A stretch of DNA of 64,000 bases from Clostridia bacterium (GCA_017626495.1 JAGAIP010000002.1:32722-96721); one strand, 5' to 3'; positions 17,817 to 28,528 are shown, numbered from the stretch's first letter. A program made the numbers and translations. Notes: a model not told the origin generated them from the sequence alone.

Positions 17817-20800
17817 TTATATCGCCTCCTTCGTCTCTTGTGCTTCCGCTCTCTTCAAAGCGAGAGCGCGAGCGTTTCCTCCCTCCGCAGAGAGACGATA
17901 GAGTTTCTCTGCCTGCCGTTCATCCCGTTCCACCCCGTTTCCGCTTTCTGTCAGACGGGCGAGGAAATACGACGCGTCCGCGTTTCCGCAATCGGACGCT
18001 TTTGCATACCAATACGCGGCGCGCTCATCGTTTCGTTTCAAGCCGAACGCGGTGCGGAATCTCGACGCAAGGATATAGTAGCTCTCCGTATTTTCATCGT
18101 TGACGGCGCAGAGGAACTGCTCGTTGAGCGTCGCCGTACAGTTATATTTGCGGTCAAATTTTTGATGCATGGTAAGCGCATTCTTCTCGTTGAAGGCAGA
18201 GAACCACTTGCATGCCGATTCCTTATCCGTTCCGACGCCCCTGCCGTCGAAATAACAGACGGCGGTTTCGTACATTGCGTCTATGTTGCCGAGCTCTGCC
18301 CCGTGGGAGAAACAATAGAACGCCTCTTGCTCATCTTTCGGCATGCCGACGCCGAAGAGGAACATTCTGCCGAGTTTATAAAATGCGAGTGCGGAGCGAC
18401 AATCCGACGCCCTGCGATACCAATAAGCCGCTTTCGGATAATCGACGGGCGCGCCTTTTCCGTAGTAGAAGGCGTCTCCGATAGAACATAACAGTTCGTC
18501 AGGTCTTTCGTTTGCCAAAGCGTCGATTTTCATACCCATTTCCGCGTTGCCGTACAGATGGGCAAACGCTTTTTTGAGCCAGAAGAATGCCTCTGCTCTG
18601 TCTGCGTCGCACCCCATGCCGTCGAACAGGCACATGGATACTTTATATTCCGCCTCGGCAACGCTTTGCTGTGCAGATTTCAGATACCATTCGTACGCTC
18701 TTCGATAATTCACCTTCACGCCGATGCCGAAACGGTAGTTGTCGCCCGTTTTAAGTTCGGCAAACGCATTTCCCCTGTCCGCCTGCATCTCGTAATGATA
18801 AGCCGCTCTTTTCAGATTCTGTTCAACGCCGATTCCGTTCATCAGGCATTCGGCAAGCTGAATTTCAGCCGCTCCGACGCCGAGTTCAGTCGCTTTTTTC
18901 AGCCAGAAAACCGCCTCTTCTTCATTCACTTCCGTGCCTTTTCCGTTCAGATAACACGTCGCGAGAAGATACGCCGCTTCCGCGTGAGAAAGCATGGCGG
19001 CACGCTTATAGTAGGCAATCGCCTTATCCGACGTAAGGAGCTGCCCATAGGTACAGAGCGCGTCGGGAATTCCGGCATCGACCGCTTGAAGGAGATATTT
19101 CTCTTTCCGTTCGGGAGAACAGACATACGCGCGGTATGCGGATTCCGCATCTCCCTGCTTAGCTGCAAGCTCGTAGTAATACGCCGCCGCTTCGAGATCC
19201 TTCTCCGTTCCGACGCCGTGCTCGTAGCACCTCGCAAGCTCCGCCTGCGCCTCTTTTTTACCGAGCAACGCGGCGATTTTATAGTGCTCGTAGGCGATCC
19301 CCTCGTTTTTCTTTACGCCGAGTCCGTTCGCGTAGCATCTCGCAAGCTGATAGTGCGCCTGCCGATATTTCTTTTCGGCGAGGGAAAGATACAGCTCGAA
19401 CGCGATTTTCGGATTCAAATTGACGAATTCTCCGCTCTCATAGCAGACGGCGAGTTCGTACGTCGCTTCGGCATAACCGCCGTCCACTGCCTTTCTGAGC
19501 CAGAACAAAGCGTCGCCCATACTGACGCACCCCCTCGAACCGTCGCGGTAAGAAACGCCCACGAGATACTGTGCCTCAGCGTGTCCTTTCTGCGCCGCAT
19601 GAAGGAGAAAATAGCTCTGTTTCTTCTTGTTTTCGGGAAGAGAGCCGTCTTTATAATAACCGTATACCTCAAACAGTCTGTCCGCAGAGAGGAAAGATAC
19701 GCCTTTTTCGTACAGTTTTTCCGCCCGTTGAGGGTCTGTTTTCGTTCCGATTCCGAGGCGGTAACACTCCGCGACCATCCAAAGCGCGTCTTTTACTCCG
19801 CCCTCGTACGCCCTTTCATACCAGAAAAGAGCGTTGTTCTTTTCTTCTTCGCGCGCAAAAAGGATATTTGCAAGCTCGTACTGCGCCTCGGCATATCCCG
19901 CTTTTGCGGAACGGACGAGAAAAGACATGCTCATCTTGTCGTTCTTCTTGACGCCCGTACCCTCGCGCAGGCAGAGCGCGTAACGGTATGCGCCCTCGGC
20001 GTGTCCTTTGTCCGCGGTTGCGCGGAAATATCTCGCAGCAAGCATCTCGTCTTTTTTCGTACCGACGCCGCTCAGATAGTGCATTGCAAGGCAGAACAAG
20101 CCCTCCGTATCGCCGAGTTCGGTCGATTTCTTGAAGCATTCGAACGCCTTTTCATGATTGATTTTCATGCCGAATCCCGTATCGAGACACTTTCCGTATG
20201 CGGTCAGACCTTCCTTACAGTCCTTTTCCGCGGAATATTCGAACGCGAGCGCTGCTCTTCGGTAACTCTGCGTTCTGCCCAAACCGTCTCTGTAACCGAC
20301 GCCGACGAGATAGTACGCCTCGCCGTTTTCAATCGTATCGAGAAGCGGAGTCGCCTTTCGATATTCTTCCCGTGCAAAATACAGTTTTGCGAGAGGCAAT
20401 TTCGCACTTTCTTCGCCGAGAGCCAATGCCTTTTCAAGATACTGCGCATTTCCCTCCAACGCGCCGACGTACGAGAGCGCCTCGGCGTTGTTTTGCGCAA
20501 TACACTCCTGCATGAGCTCTTTATTTTCGGTATAGCGCGCAAAGCGGAACTTCGCCGACGGATCGGAAAGCGCTTTACCGTAATACAAAGCGCAGGCGCG
20601 CGTATCGAACCGTTCATAATATCGACCGAGCAGCAAGCTGGCCTCTTTGTTCCGATCCGCAACGCGCACGAGATAGGGAATACCTGCCTCTTCGCCACGG
20701 CTTAACAAGATTCTTCCGTAATCGAACGGATACGTTTCCTTTACCGAAGAGAAATAGAAGGTGGCGGAATCAAAGTTTTGCTTCGTTCCTCTGCCCTGTT

Positions 20801-21401
20801 CGCACAGTAAGCCGAGCGCATGAATACAATCGGGATTATCTTTTTCGCTCCCTTTCAGATACCAGTAGAACGCGTTCTCGTCCGAGGGAACGGCGTCGAT
20901 TCCCTTTTCATGACAAAGTCCAGCAAGATAGGAAAACGCGCCGTCTCCCAAGAGAGCGTACTTTTCCGCCCAGTATAAAACGCGTTCGGATGGCAAGCTC
21001 TCGTCGCGCAAACGGAGCGATATGAAACGGAGAGCACCCTCTTTGCTGTCGAGCTTTGCCGCGGAAAGATAGAGTTCGCTCTTTTCCGCGTTGGTCTCTG
21101 CAAAACGGTCTGCCATGGCAACCATCGCCTCGGCGTTCTTCTGTTCGACGGCGAGGGAGAATACTTCTTTTGCCTCGTCGTCTCTTCCCTTACCGTTTCC
21201 GTACAGAGAAATCAGATCGGCAAGAACGTCCTCACCGCCTTTGAATGCCTGATACAAATAAGCCCTCGCTTTCTCCTCGTTCTTTTTTACGCCGTCGCCC
21301 TGCAAATAAGCATAGCCGACGAGCCGAGCCGAAGAAGAACTCCCCCTTTTTGCCTCTCTCTTGCGTTTTCCAAATTCAAAAAGATTCATGCTCATACTCA
21401 C
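17817..21401 (-). CDS. Sel1-like repeat protein, 1194 aa, no signal peptide
   Basis: About 30 reiterations of the Sel1 pattern (A..Y..A...G.G...D...A..WY.KAA..G...A), e.g. YQLARCYANGLGVKKNEGIAYEHYKIAALLG. The likely start is a few codons inside the track ORF (MNLFEF). Confidence 0.85.
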   Translation of the reverse strand: MSMSMNLFEFGKRKREAKRGSSSSARLVGYAYLQGDGVKKNEEKARAYLYQAFKGGEDVLADLISLYGNGKGRDDEAKEVFSLAVEQKNAEAMVAMADRFAETNAEKSELYLSAAKLDSKEGALRFISLRLRDESLPSERVLYWAEKYALLGDGAFSYLAGLCHEKGIDAVPSDENAFYWYLKGSEKDNPDCIHALGLLCEQGRGTKQNFDSATFYFSSVKETYPFDYGRILLSRGEEAGIPYLVRVADRNKEASLLLGRYYERFDTRACALYYGKALSDPSAKFRFARYTENKELMQECIAQNNAEALSYVGALEGNAQYLEKALALGEESAKLPLAKLYFAREEYRKATPLLDTIENGEAYYLVGVGYRDGLGRTQSYRRAALAFEYSAEKDCKEGLTAYGKCLDTGFGMKINHEKAFECFKKSTELGDTEGLFCLAMHYLSGVGTKKDEMLAARYFRATADKGHAEGAYRYALCLREGTGVKKNDKMSMSFLVRSAKAGYAEAQYELANILFAREEEKNNALFWYERAYEGGVKDALWMVAECYRLGIGTKTDPQRAEKLYEKGVSFLSADRLFEVYGYYKDGSLPENKKKQSYFLLHAAQKGHAEAQYLVGVSYRDGSRGCVSMGDALFWLRKAVDGGYAEATYELAVCYESGEFVNLNPKIAFELYLSLAEKKYRQAHYQLARCYANGLGVKKNEGIAYEHYKIAALLGKKEAQAELARCYEHGVGTEKDLEAAAYYYELAAKQGDAESAYRAYVCSPERKEKYLLQAVDAGIPDALCTYGQLLTSDKAIAYYKRAAMLSHAEAAYLLATCYLNGKGTEVNEEEAVFWLKKATELGVGAAEIQLAECLMNGIGVEQNLKRAAYHYEMQADRGNAFAELKTGDNYRFGIGVKVNYRRAYEWYLKSAQQSVAEAEYKVSMCLFDGMGCDADRAEAFFWLKKAFAHLYGNAEMGMKIDALANERPDELLCSIGDAFYYGKGAPVDYPKAAYWYRRASDCRSALAFYKLGRMFLFGVGMPKDEQEAFYCFSHGAELGNIDAMYETAVCYFDGRGVGTDKESACKWFSAFNEKNALTMHQKFDRKYNCTATLNEQFLCAVNDENTESYYILASRFRTAFGLKRNDERAAYWYAKASDCGNADASYFLARLTESGNGVERDERQAEKLYRLSAEGGNARALALKRAEAQETKEAI

Positions 21402-21419
21402 CCATTTTATTCGCTCCCT

Positions 21420-21447
21420 ATTATACCATATTTTTCCGCGATGTCAA
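21420..21447 (-). promoter_or_regulatory. sigma-A promoter (TTGACA-N17-TATAAT) for the Sel1-repeat gene
   Basis: Minus strand reads TTGACATCGCGGAAAAATATGGTATAAT, directly downstream of the aconitase-family gene terminator hairpin (21471-21495). Confidence 0.5.
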
Positions 21448-21499
21448 AGGGTAAAATGAAAAAAGCAGAGAAAAAGGGAGAAAATCTCTCCCTTTTCCG

Positions 21500-23725
21500 T
21501 TATAAGCTTTTATTTTTGTTGAAGTTGATGAGACAACCGTCGAGAATGATCTGTTTTTCTTCGGGCGTCAGTCCTCCGAGCGCAAGCTCGACTTCCTTTA
21601 CCTTGCCTTCGTGCAACCATTTTGCCTTGCAGGCAGTCGCCTCGCCGACAAATTCGCGTACGTTTTCAATGTATATATAATCGCCTACGGCAGGTTCGAA
21701 GTTCTTTGCCGTCAACGGAAGCATACCCCAGTTGATCAGGTTGCTTCTGTAACGCTTGGTCGCGTATTCGCTCGCGATATTCGCGACGCCGCCGAGCACT
21801 CTCTGACAGGAAGCCGCCTGTTCTCTCGCGGAGCCGTCGCCGGGTTTGACCGCTACGACCACGCTGCCGTAAATCGTTCCTTCCGCGATTTCAAGCGCTT
21901 TCACTTCCTCCGACACCGTTTCGGGAAGCATTCCCGTTTCGCGCCTGACCGCCTCGTCCTTTTGCACGTCCTTCGCTCTGCCGACGTACATCGGGTCTTT
22001 TCTCGAAAGCGCGAACGACGCGAGACGAACGGGGTTGGAACGGTAAGAAGAGGTTTCTCCCGAGGGAATGAGCTCGTCCGTCGTGGTTACGGGATCGGTG
22101 AGCACGGAAACGGTTTTCATGAGAAGATGCTTGCCGAGCGCGATCTGTTCGGGCCAATCCGCAATGTTCGGGCCGTATTGAAGTTCGCAGGGCATGGGCG
22201 CGAGCGCGCCGCGATAGACGCGGTTTTCGTATATTTCACGGTGGAACTTATACTTGCGCCTCTTTTTCGTGTACTCGAAGTCGAGCGCAGACGTGAGCAC
22301 GCCTCCGTTTGCCGCCGTTGCCGCAATGCTCCTCGCATCCATGAGGGCGACCGCCGCGAGCTGACCTCCTGCGGGTTTGCTGCCCTCACGGCTTTCGAAG
22401 TTTCTCGTCGTATGGCGAATGGAAAGCGCATTGTTTGCAGGAACGTCTCCCGCGCCGAAACAAGGTCCGCAAAACGCCGTCTTGATAATCGCGCCCGTGG
22501 ACATCAATTCGGGAATGACTCCGTTTTCGCAGAGCGCGCTGTAAACGGGTTGAGAAGAGGGATAAACGCTGAGCGTAAACGCACCCGTACCGATGGTTTT
22601 CTCTTTGAGTATATCGGCAGCCTCGCAGATATTTTCATACATACCGCCTGCGCAGCCTGCGATGATTCCCTGATCGACGTATACCTTCCCGTCTCTGACT
22701 TTATCGGTGAGCGTAAACGAGTCGTCGCCTTTTAGCTTTCTGCCCTGTTCCTCGACTTTTTTCAGAATGGGAACGGGGTCTGCGAGGAACTCGCGAATGG
22801 TGTAAGCGTTGCTGGGGTGAAACGGAAGCGCGATCATGGGTTCGATTCTCGAAAGGTCGATGACGATTCCGCAATCGTAGAACGCCCCGTCCTGCGCTTT
22901 GAGCTCCCGATACGCGTCTGCTCTTCCGTGTTCGGCAAGATACTCTTCCGTCGTGGAATCGGTTTCCCAGATAGAGGAAAGGCACGTCGTTTCGGTGGTC
23001 ATGACGTCGATGCCGTTTCTATATTCCTGAGACAGGTTTCTGATGCCGGGCCCGACGAATTCAAGCACTTTATTTTTCACGAATCCCTTTTTGAACACCG
23101 CGCCGCAGAGTGCGATCGCGACGTCCTGCGGGCCGACGCCCTTTCTGGGTTTGCCGCGAAGATACACGCAGACGATCTCGGGATAATCGATATCGTACGT
23201 CTGTTTAAGAATCTGTTTGACGAGTTCGGGCCCCCCTTCGCCGACCGCCATCGTTCCGAGCGCGCCGTAACGGGTATGCGAGTCTGAGCCCAAAATCATT
23301 TTTCCGCAGCCTGCGCTCATTTCGCGCATATACTGGTGAATGACGGCGAGGTGCGCAGGCACGTAGTTCGCGCCGTATTTCTTTGCGGCGGAAAGTCCGA
23401 ACACATGGTCGTCCTCGTTGATCGTACCGCCCACCGCGCAGAGCGAGTTGTGGCAGTTTGTGAGCGTGTACGGAACGGGAAAGCTTTCAAGTCCGCTTGC
23501 CTTCGCCGTCTGAATGATGCCGACGTATGTAATATCGTGCGAGGTGAGCTCGTCGAATTTGAGTTTTAATTTGGTTTCGTCTCCCTGATTATGCGCCATT
23601 AAAATGGAATGAGCGATGGTTTTCGCCTTGCCCTCTTCCTTTTGCGCCGCGGTACGGAATGCATCTTTTTCCTTTACGAGTTTACCGTCCATGAGATAAA
23701 CGCCGTTTTTGATGAGTTTGATCAT
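21500..23725 (-). CDS. aconitase-family Fe-S hydro-lyase with fused catalytic and swivel domains, probably aconitate hydratase
   Basis: GSDSHT cluster-ligand motif and a swivel-domain [10 protein letters not shown] motif. The start MIKLIK was chosen from RBS GGAGGAAG (the track ORF begins 29 codons upstream, inside the promoter). Confidence 0.65.
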   Translation of the reverse strand: MIKLIKNGVYLMDGKLVKEKDAFRTAAQKEEGKAKTIAHSILMAHNQGDETKLKLKFDELTSHDITYVGIIQTAKASGLESFPVPYTLTNCHNSLCAVGGTINEDDHVFGLSAAKKYGANYVPAHLAVIHQYMREMSAGCGKMILGSDSHTRYGALGTMAVGEGGPELVKQILKQTYDIDYPEIVCVYLRGKPRKGVGPQDVAIALCGAVFKKGFVKNKVLEFVGPGIRNLSQEYRNGIDVMTTETTCLSSIWETDSTTEEYLAEHGRADAYRELKAQDGAFYDCGIVIDLSRIEPMIALPFHPSNAYTIREFLADPVPILKKVEEQGRKLKGDDSFTLTDKVRDGKVYVDQGIIAGCAGGMYENICEAADILKEKTIGTGAFTLSVYPSSQPVYSALCENGVIPELMSTGAIIKTAFCGPCFGAGDVPANNALSIRHTTRNFESREGSKPAGGQLAAVALMDARSIAATAANGGVLTSALDFEYTKKRRKYKFHREIYENRVYRGALAPMPCELQYGPNIADWPEQIALGKHLLMKTVSVLTDPVTTTDELIPSGETSSYRSNPVRLASFALSRKDPMYVGRAKDVQKDEAVRRETGMLPETVSEEVKALEIAEGTIYGSVVVAVKPGDGSAREQAASCQRVLGGVANIASEYATKRYRSNLINWGMLPLTAKNFEPAVGDYIYIENVREFVGEATACKAKWLHEGKVKEVELALGGLTPEEKQIILDGCLINFNKNKSL

Positions 23726-23749
23726 TCTCTTCCTCCGTGTTTTTTTCTT

Positions 23750-23778
23750 ATTATACACCTTCTTTTCTGTTTTTTCAA
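23750..23778 (-). promoter_or_regulatory. sigma-A promoter (TTGAAA-N17-TATAAT) for the aconitase-family gene with two adjacent palindromes
   Basis: CCGAATGACCATTCGG (23779-23794) and ATTTTCGAAAAT (23795-23806) sit immediately upstream of the -35 in the divergent intergenic region. Confidence 0.45.
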
Positions 23779-23829
23779 CCGAATGACCATTCGGATTTTC
23801 GAAAATGAACATAAAAAAGACAAATACCC

Positions 23830-23858
23830 TTGCTTTTTCGGGGAAATAATGGTATACT
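23830..23858 (+). promoter_or_regulatory. sigma-A promoter (TTGCTT-N17-TATACT) giving an essentially leaderless transcript for the next gene
   Basis: The -10 ends 6 nt before the ATG at 23865 and there is no Shine-Dalgarno. Confidence 0.4.
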
Positions 23859-23864
23859 CGATTT

Positions 23865-24317
23865 ATGAAAAAATTTCAGTATCAGTATTCGAAAACCATC
23901 AAGATCCTGCTCGTCGCAGGGCTCGTTCTCTGCGCGCTCGCCCTCGCAACGAATATATGGCGGCTCGTCAACTTCGGTTCGGACAACTTTTATACGACGT
24001 TACAGTATATTCTGATTTTCGCCGTTACGCTCGTTACGCCCGTCATTCTCATTTCCATGATGGTTTCGTCGAAATATGAAATCACGGATCGGGAACTCAT
24101 CACCAGATTCGGAATCATCAAGAGCAAATTCAAGCTCGACGACGTGCAAAAACTCGTCTACAATACCGATAAAAACAAACTTTTCGTCTATTTCAAGGAC
24201 GGAACTTATATGAATATCCTAGTCAATGCGTCGTGGCAACAGGAATTTATCGGTTGTATTCTCGAAAAGAAGAAAAAAATCGAAGTAGAATACGTTTCGG
24301 GTGACGAAGATGAATGA
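23865..24317 (+). CDS. small membrane protein (two N-terminal TM helices plus a PH-like soluble domain), unknown function
   Basis: 150 aa; hydrophobic segments [14 protein letters not shown] and [19 protein letters not shown]. Confidence 0.5.
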   Translation: MKKFQYQYSKTIKILLVAGLVLCALALATNIWRLVNFGSDNFYTTLQYILIFAVTLVTPVILISMMVSSKYEITDRELITRFGIIKSKFKLDDVQKLVYNTDKNKLFVYFKDGTYMNILVNASWQQEFIGCILEKKKKIEVEYVSGDEDE

Positions 24318-24963
24318 GCAAGCGCTCTCTTCTCTCGCGTTGAAGGACGTGTCTCTCATCGGTTTTTGCAAGTACGATGCGTCTCCCATAGCGTCTCTTC
24401 CCTATGCCGTCTCCATCGCGCTGAAACTTTCGGACGCCGTACTTTCGACCATTGCGGACGAGCCTACGCCGATGTACTTTCAGCATTACAGGACGGCAAA
24501 CGCGATTCTCGACGCGACCGCCTTTCAACTTGCGAGAGAAATCGAAATGCTCGGCTACAACGCCTTTCCCGTCGCGGCAAGCCAAAGTCTCGGCGGAGAA
24601 AAGAGGTACGAAGGATTCGTTGCTCATAAAACGGTCGCCGTTCTTTCGGGGCTCGGTTACGTCGGAAAGAGCGGACTGCTACTTACGCGAGAATACGGCA
24701 GTAAAGTACGCTTTGCCACCGTCCTCACGGATATGCCCGTGGAACGGCAACGCCCCCTTATCGAAAACGGTTGCGGAAGCTGTACGATCTGCAAAGACGC
24801 CTGCCCGGCAGGCGCTATTTACGGAGAGCTTCCCGGCTTAAACGGTCGGAATTTCGACGCGGAACTCTGTTCGAGATACATGAAAGAACACTTTCAGGGA
24901 ATCGGAAGGGGTTCGGTGTGCGGAATCTGCATCAAAGTATGTCCGAAAAACAAATTACGTTAA
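24301..24963 (+). CDS. 4Fe-4S dicluster-domain protein (QueG/reductive-dehalogenase-like ferredoxin fold), function unknown
   Basis: CGSCTICKDACPAG and CGICIKVCPKN motifs. Overlaps the upstream gene by 17 nt. Confidence 0.55.
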   Translation: MTKMNEQALSSLALKDVSLIGFCKYDASPIASLPYAVSIALKLSDAVLSTIADEPTPMYFQHYRTANAILDATAFQLAREIEMLGYNAFPVAASQSLGGEKRYEGFVAHKTVAVLSGLGYVGKSGLLLTREYGSKVRFATVLTDMPVERQRPLIENGCGSCTICKDACPAGAIYGELPGLNGRNFDAELCSRYMKEHFQGIGRGSVCGICIKVCPKNKLR

Positions 24964-24994
24964 AAGGTCTGCATCGCAATGCAGACCTTTTCGT

Positions 24995-26215
24995 TTATTC
25001 TTTATTTACGATATTCGCTTTTGCAACGATGACGGAATTCGAATGCTTATAGAATCCGTTTTTCGCAACGCCGAGGAAATCTTTTCCGAACAGATCCTTT
25101 GCGCTCGCCGTTACGGCAAAGCCGGGAAGTTTTCCGACCACTTCGCCGTCCTTTAAGAGGTAGGACACGATGACGGGAAGAGAGAGCGTTCCGTCCGCAG
25201 TCATATCTCCGCCGCTGGAAACAGAGACGTAGATCACTTCCCCTTTCACGACGTCGGATATATCGTCTGCAGTCGGCATCAACTTAAAGCCTGCCCCGGA
25301 GATAGAGGGCACGCCGTTATAGCTCGCGCCCGCAACTCCGATATACTCGCATCCGTACTGCGCCGCCTGTTTTTTCGTCGCAAACAGTCCTTTCATCACG
25401 CCGTCTTTGATGAGATAAGCGCAATCGTTCTCCGAGACGACGCCCTCCGCGTCAAAGAAAGGCAAGTTCTTAGCGCGTTTCGGATCTCTGTCGCAACATA
25501 CGTTGAACTTTTCATTGAAGATCTGCTCTCCGAGTTTTCCGTCGAACAGAGATAAATGGTTGAAATAATAGTCTGCGGTAAAATGAGCGAGCATCATGCC
25601 TGCAAGGCTCTCGTCGATGGCGACGACTGCCTTTTCTCCCTCGGGGAACTGTGCCTTGGAGAGAAACGAGTCGCACGTCTTTTTGATTCCCTTTGCGATT
25701 TCGTCCTCGTCATACTCCGTCACTTCTACGCTGTATCCCTCGTCCATGATATTCGCAGAGCCTTTGAATTTAATCGTGATGCTGAATACGAGGGAATTGC
25801 CGCGATAGGAATAGTTTGTCTTTTCGGAAACGTATTTCTGTTGCGTCTCCTCGATGATGATTTTATTGCCGAACGTAAACTCGGGATTCTCCGCGCACAC
25901 GCGAGCCATGAGTTTCTTCATGGTCGCAACGAGCTCGCCGTCGGGCACGATCTCCTTGTAACAGTCCACGCTGCGCTCAACGGGCGGATTGGGCAGATCG
26001 GGATAGGGAATGCCGAGCGCGAGGTTCTTCTTTGCCTCTTCTCTCAGCTCGTCTATATTGCATGCGCCGACTCGGCCCGCAATGCCGATTTTTTCGTTCT
26101 CGTACACGCGGACGGTCGTTTCCACATTCGTATTGATTCGCATGGAGTCGATTGCCCCTGCGGTTATGTTAAAGCATTTCGATACTGTCTTTTTCTCTAT
26201 GATTTCTTCACGCAT
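24995..26215 (-). CDS. TldE/PmbA family metalloprotease subunit
   Basis: 406 aa. PmbA/TldD fold, the partner of the adjacent TldD, lacking the HExxxH motif. Confidence 0.75.
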   Translation of the reverse strand: MREEIIEKKTVSKCFNITAGAIDSMRINTNVETTVRVYENEKIGIAGRVGACNIDELREEAKKNLALGIPYPDLPNPPVERSVDCYKEIVPDGELVATMKKLMARVCAENPEFTFGNKIIIEETQQKYVSEKTNYSYRGNSLVFSITIKFKGSANIMDEGYSVEVTEYDEDEIAKGIKKTCDSFLSKAQFPEGEKAVVAIDESLAGMMLAHFTADYYFNHLSLFDGKLGEQIFNEKFNVCCDRDPKRAKNLPFFDAEGVVSENDCAYLIKDGVMKGLFATKKQAAQYGCEYIGVAGASYNGVPSISGAGFKLMPTADDISDVVKGEVIYVSVSSGGDMTADGTLSLPVIVSYLLKDGEVVGKLPGFAVTASAKDLFGKDFLGVAKNGFYKHSNSVIVAKANIVNKE

Positions 26216-26224
26216 GATCTCACC

Positions 26225-27559
26225 TCACTGTACGTTCATTTTGCTGACGCGAATGTGCGGACCGCCGAATCCGACGGGAAGTCCCGATTGTTCCATTTTA
26301 CCGCAACCGCCCGTAACGAAAGAGAGCGCGGTTTCGTCGTTGCCTACTCCGTCGATGAGCCCGAGCGTTTCGAATACATTGCCCGTAATGACCGCGATTT
26401 TAACGGGATCTGCGATTTTTCCGTCCACGATCTCGTAGGCGACGGAAGGAGCGATGGTAAAGGTACTCATGCCCGAACCGTGTTTGATGGTCTTGACGTA
26501 AAATCCGTGTTTAATGCCTGCGACAAGCTCGTCAAAGGTGGACGAGCCGCCCTGAATCATCGTGTTCGTCATGCGGACGATGGGCTCATAGTCACAGTTG
26601 ATCGCTCTCGCATTGCCCGTGAGCTCCTCGTTCATGACGGCTGCCGTGGAAGAGGAGTGGAGTCTGCCCGCAAGGCGTCCGTCTTTAATGAGATAGTTCA
26701 TCTTCGCCTTCGTGCCCTCATCGTCGTAGGGAACGTAGCCGCACCCCTTCAAGGTACCCGTCTCGTAAATGGTCAGAAGCTCGCTTCCTACCTTTTTTCC
26801 GATCTCCCATTCTTTCGCCATGGTTTCGTCGCCTACCATGAAATCCGCTTCGCTCTTGTGTCCGAACGATTCGTGCGCAAATACGCCCGTCGCCAGAGGG
26901 GACAAAATGACGGGGTATGCGCCCGGCTCGATCGCCTTTGCCGTCGTAATGTACGTTTCGAGTTCATCGAGGAACGATTTGATCTCCTGTTCGGAGACGA
27001 TTACCTCTTCGAAACGAACGCCGCTCTTTTGCAGAGCGTCCGCAAACTGTTCTCCGTTATGCGCGAGCGCCGCAACGAGGCTGACGCCCGTCGTCTGATA
27101 ATCGTAGCGAACGGAAGCGCCCTTGCTGGAATAAAACTCAAATTTCGAGTTTCTGTCGAGATACAACGCTCTGCGCATTTTCATGTGTTCGCTTGCAAGC
27201 AAGGCGTCGAGCGAAGTGAGTTTTGCCATTTTTTCCTCGGCGGAAATGTCCCTCACCGAACAGGAAGCAAATTGATAGAGTTCGTCTTTGTTGACTTCAT
27301 ATCTCTTTACGATGGGATGTTCTTCGATGTTCGGATTCGCCTTTGCATAGCCGTAGAGCGAATCGAGCTCCTTTTGAATGTTGTCCGTGTCCGTCGTGGA
27401 CGAATAGTACCACATTTCGCCGTCGAACACGCGAAGAAACGCCTTTTTGAGCGTCGTAACGTTGTATTCTTCGAGCTGTCCGTTCTTAATCGAGATATTC
27501 GTTGTAAATCTGTCCTCTATACGGATATCCGCATAGAATCCCTCTTTGAATTGAAACAT
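26225..27559 (-). CDS. tldD: TldD family metalloprotease
   Basis: 444 aa with the FAHESFGHKSEAD metal-binding motif. Confidence 0.8.
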   Translation of the reverse strand: MFQFKEGFYADIRIEDRFTTNISIKNGQLEEYNVTTLKKAFLRVFDGEMWYYSSTTDTDNIQKELDSLYGYAKANPNIEEHPIVKRYEVNKDELYQFASCSVRDISAEEKMAKLTSLDALLASEHMKMRRALYLDRNSKFEFYSSKGASVRYDYQTTGVSLVAALAHNGEQFADALQKSGVRFEEVIVSEQEIKSFLDELETYITTAKAIEPGAYPVILSPLATGVFAHESFGHKSEADFMVGDETMAKEWEIGKKVGSELLTIYETGTLKGCGYVPYDDEGTKAKMNYLIKDGRLAGRLHSSSTAAVMNEELTGNARAINCDYEPIVRMTNTMIQGGSSTFDELVAGIKHGFYVKTIKHGSGMSTFTIAPSVAYEIVDGKIADPVKIAVITGNVFETLGLIDGVGNDETALSFVTGGCGKMEQSGLPVGFGGPHIRVSKMNVQ

Positions 27560-27679
27560 ACCGTTCTCCTTATTTTTTTCCTATTATATAACACGCCGTC
27601 GCATTTTTCAAGCAACTATCGGTTGATTTTTGTCAATTCTTCGTTGCAAAATCCGTATTCTTTCCTAAAAAACGTTTGC

Positions 27680-28528
27680 TTACGAGCTTTCGTTGAGATA
27701 AGCGTCGATCGCCTTCCAGACCTGTTCGTCGTAGTCTCCGAACAGAGAATAATTTTTTGCGTTGAATCCGTGCGAAGCGCCAGAAATGAGTTCGAGCGTG
27801 CAACGAGCGTAAACTTCGGCGGCTCTTTGGGAATAGGAAGATTTTACGATAAAATCCATCGTGCCGTGCACGATGAGCACTTCTCCCTGAAAATTTCCGA
27901 TATGCTCGTACGGATCGAACTCTTTCAAGGTTTCCCTGAACGCCTCGCCCGTTTGGGTAGATCCGAATTGAAAGTCGCCGAACTTCTCGGACATGCGAAC
28001 AAGCTCGGGAATATTGAACGCAGGGTAGAGCAAGATCAATCCCTTCACGCGGTCTGCAAGGTCGTTTGCGACGAGCGCGGACACGAGACCGCCCTGACTC
28101 GTTCCGAACAGGTAGATGCGTTCGGGATCGACGAAATCGAGCTTAGAGATCGCCTCGAAGACAGCCTTCAAATCGTCCGTTTCGGTAAACACGGTCATAT
28201 CCGTTTCCGCCCCGTCGCTCCTCGAATGTTTGCTTCCTCCGCAAAAATCGAACGCGTAAGCGACGTATCCGCGGTTTGCAAACCCGTGACAATACGGCTG
28301 CATGGAATCGGCGTTCAATCCCGAACTGTGGGAAAGAATGACGACGGGAGCCTTGCCCTCCAAATCATTCGGAACGTACAGTTCTCCGTAAATATTCATC
28401 TCTTCGCGCTGCAACGTAAATTCCCGTACTTCGTAATCTTTCACTTCGGTGTTTTCACCCGAACAGCCGAACAATCCGAAGAGCATCAATGCAAGCAACA
28501 AAATCATAGTTTGAAACGGTCGTTTCAT
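27680..28528 (-). CDS. alpha/beta hydrolase (esterase/dienelactone-hydrolase-like) lipoprotein
   Basis: Lipobox LFGLFGC and the nucleophile elbow GTSQGG. Confidence 0.7.
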   Translation of the reverse strand: MKRPFQTMILLLALMLFGLFGCSGENTEVKDYEVREFTLQREEMNIYGELYVPNDLEGKAPVVILSHSSGLNADSMQPYCHGFANRGYVAYAFDFCGGSKHSRSDGAETDMTVFTETDDLKAVFEAISKLDFVDPERIYLFGTSQGGLVSALVANDLADRVKGLILLYPAFNIPELVRMSEKFGDFQFGSTQTGEAFRETLKEFDPYEHIGNFQGEVLIVHGTMDFIVKSSYSQRAAEVYARCTLELISGASHGFNAKNYSLFGDYDEQVWKAIDAYLNESS

